A stretch of DNA of 64,000 nucleotides, taken from NCBI GenBank assembly GCA_963664875.1, contig OY761611.1, positions 480,001 through 544,000 of the forward strand, written 5' to 3'. Positions 64,000 to 64,000 of this stretch are shown in pieces. The notes under the pieces were generated by a model. It worked only from the letters and a program-made list of their open reading frames with translations, did no database searches and was not told the DNA's origin. The position numbers and the translations under genes were made by a program. Positions within the stretch are counted from its first letter, which is position 1; every line of letters begins with the position of its first letter. The DNA comes from Candidatus Kapaibacterium sp. (GTDB lineage Bacteria; Bacteroidota; Ignavibacteria; Kapaibacteriales; UBA2268).

Positions 64000-64000
64000 T

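Overview
AT-rich chromosomal window (GC roughly 30-35% by eye) from an FCB-group bacterium, most likely Ca. Kapabacteria or Ignavibacteria-like. This placement is inferred from T9SS C-terminal sorting domains, many TAnnTTTG '-7' promoter elements, and Shine-Dalgarno use alongside chemotaxis genes. The window holds mostly housekeeping genes (dtd, metH, menA, menG, uvrC, zupT, purH, folC, nuoJK, a long RSH, scpAB, sucC, glnS, tRNA-Ser, aroE-aroK fusion, aroA, aroC). It also has a haem-uptake locus (HmuY-like protein with a T9SS signal, TonB receptor, tandem-HmuY lipoprotein), an outer-membrane/T9SS cluster, several sensor kinases, and a ~16 kb chemosensory region. The best candidate for an undescribed system is that chemosensory region. 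It has three giant poly-HAMP chemoreceptors (one with a 273-bp tandem module expansion), a CheR lacking its N-terminal domain that is translationally coupled to an intact metallo-beta-lactamase-fold hydrolase (no CheB in the window), and a hybrid kinase with its phospho-His replaced by Gln directly upstream of cheW. Two structured intergenic RNA candidates were also seen. No CRISPR array, IS element, integrase or prophage was found.
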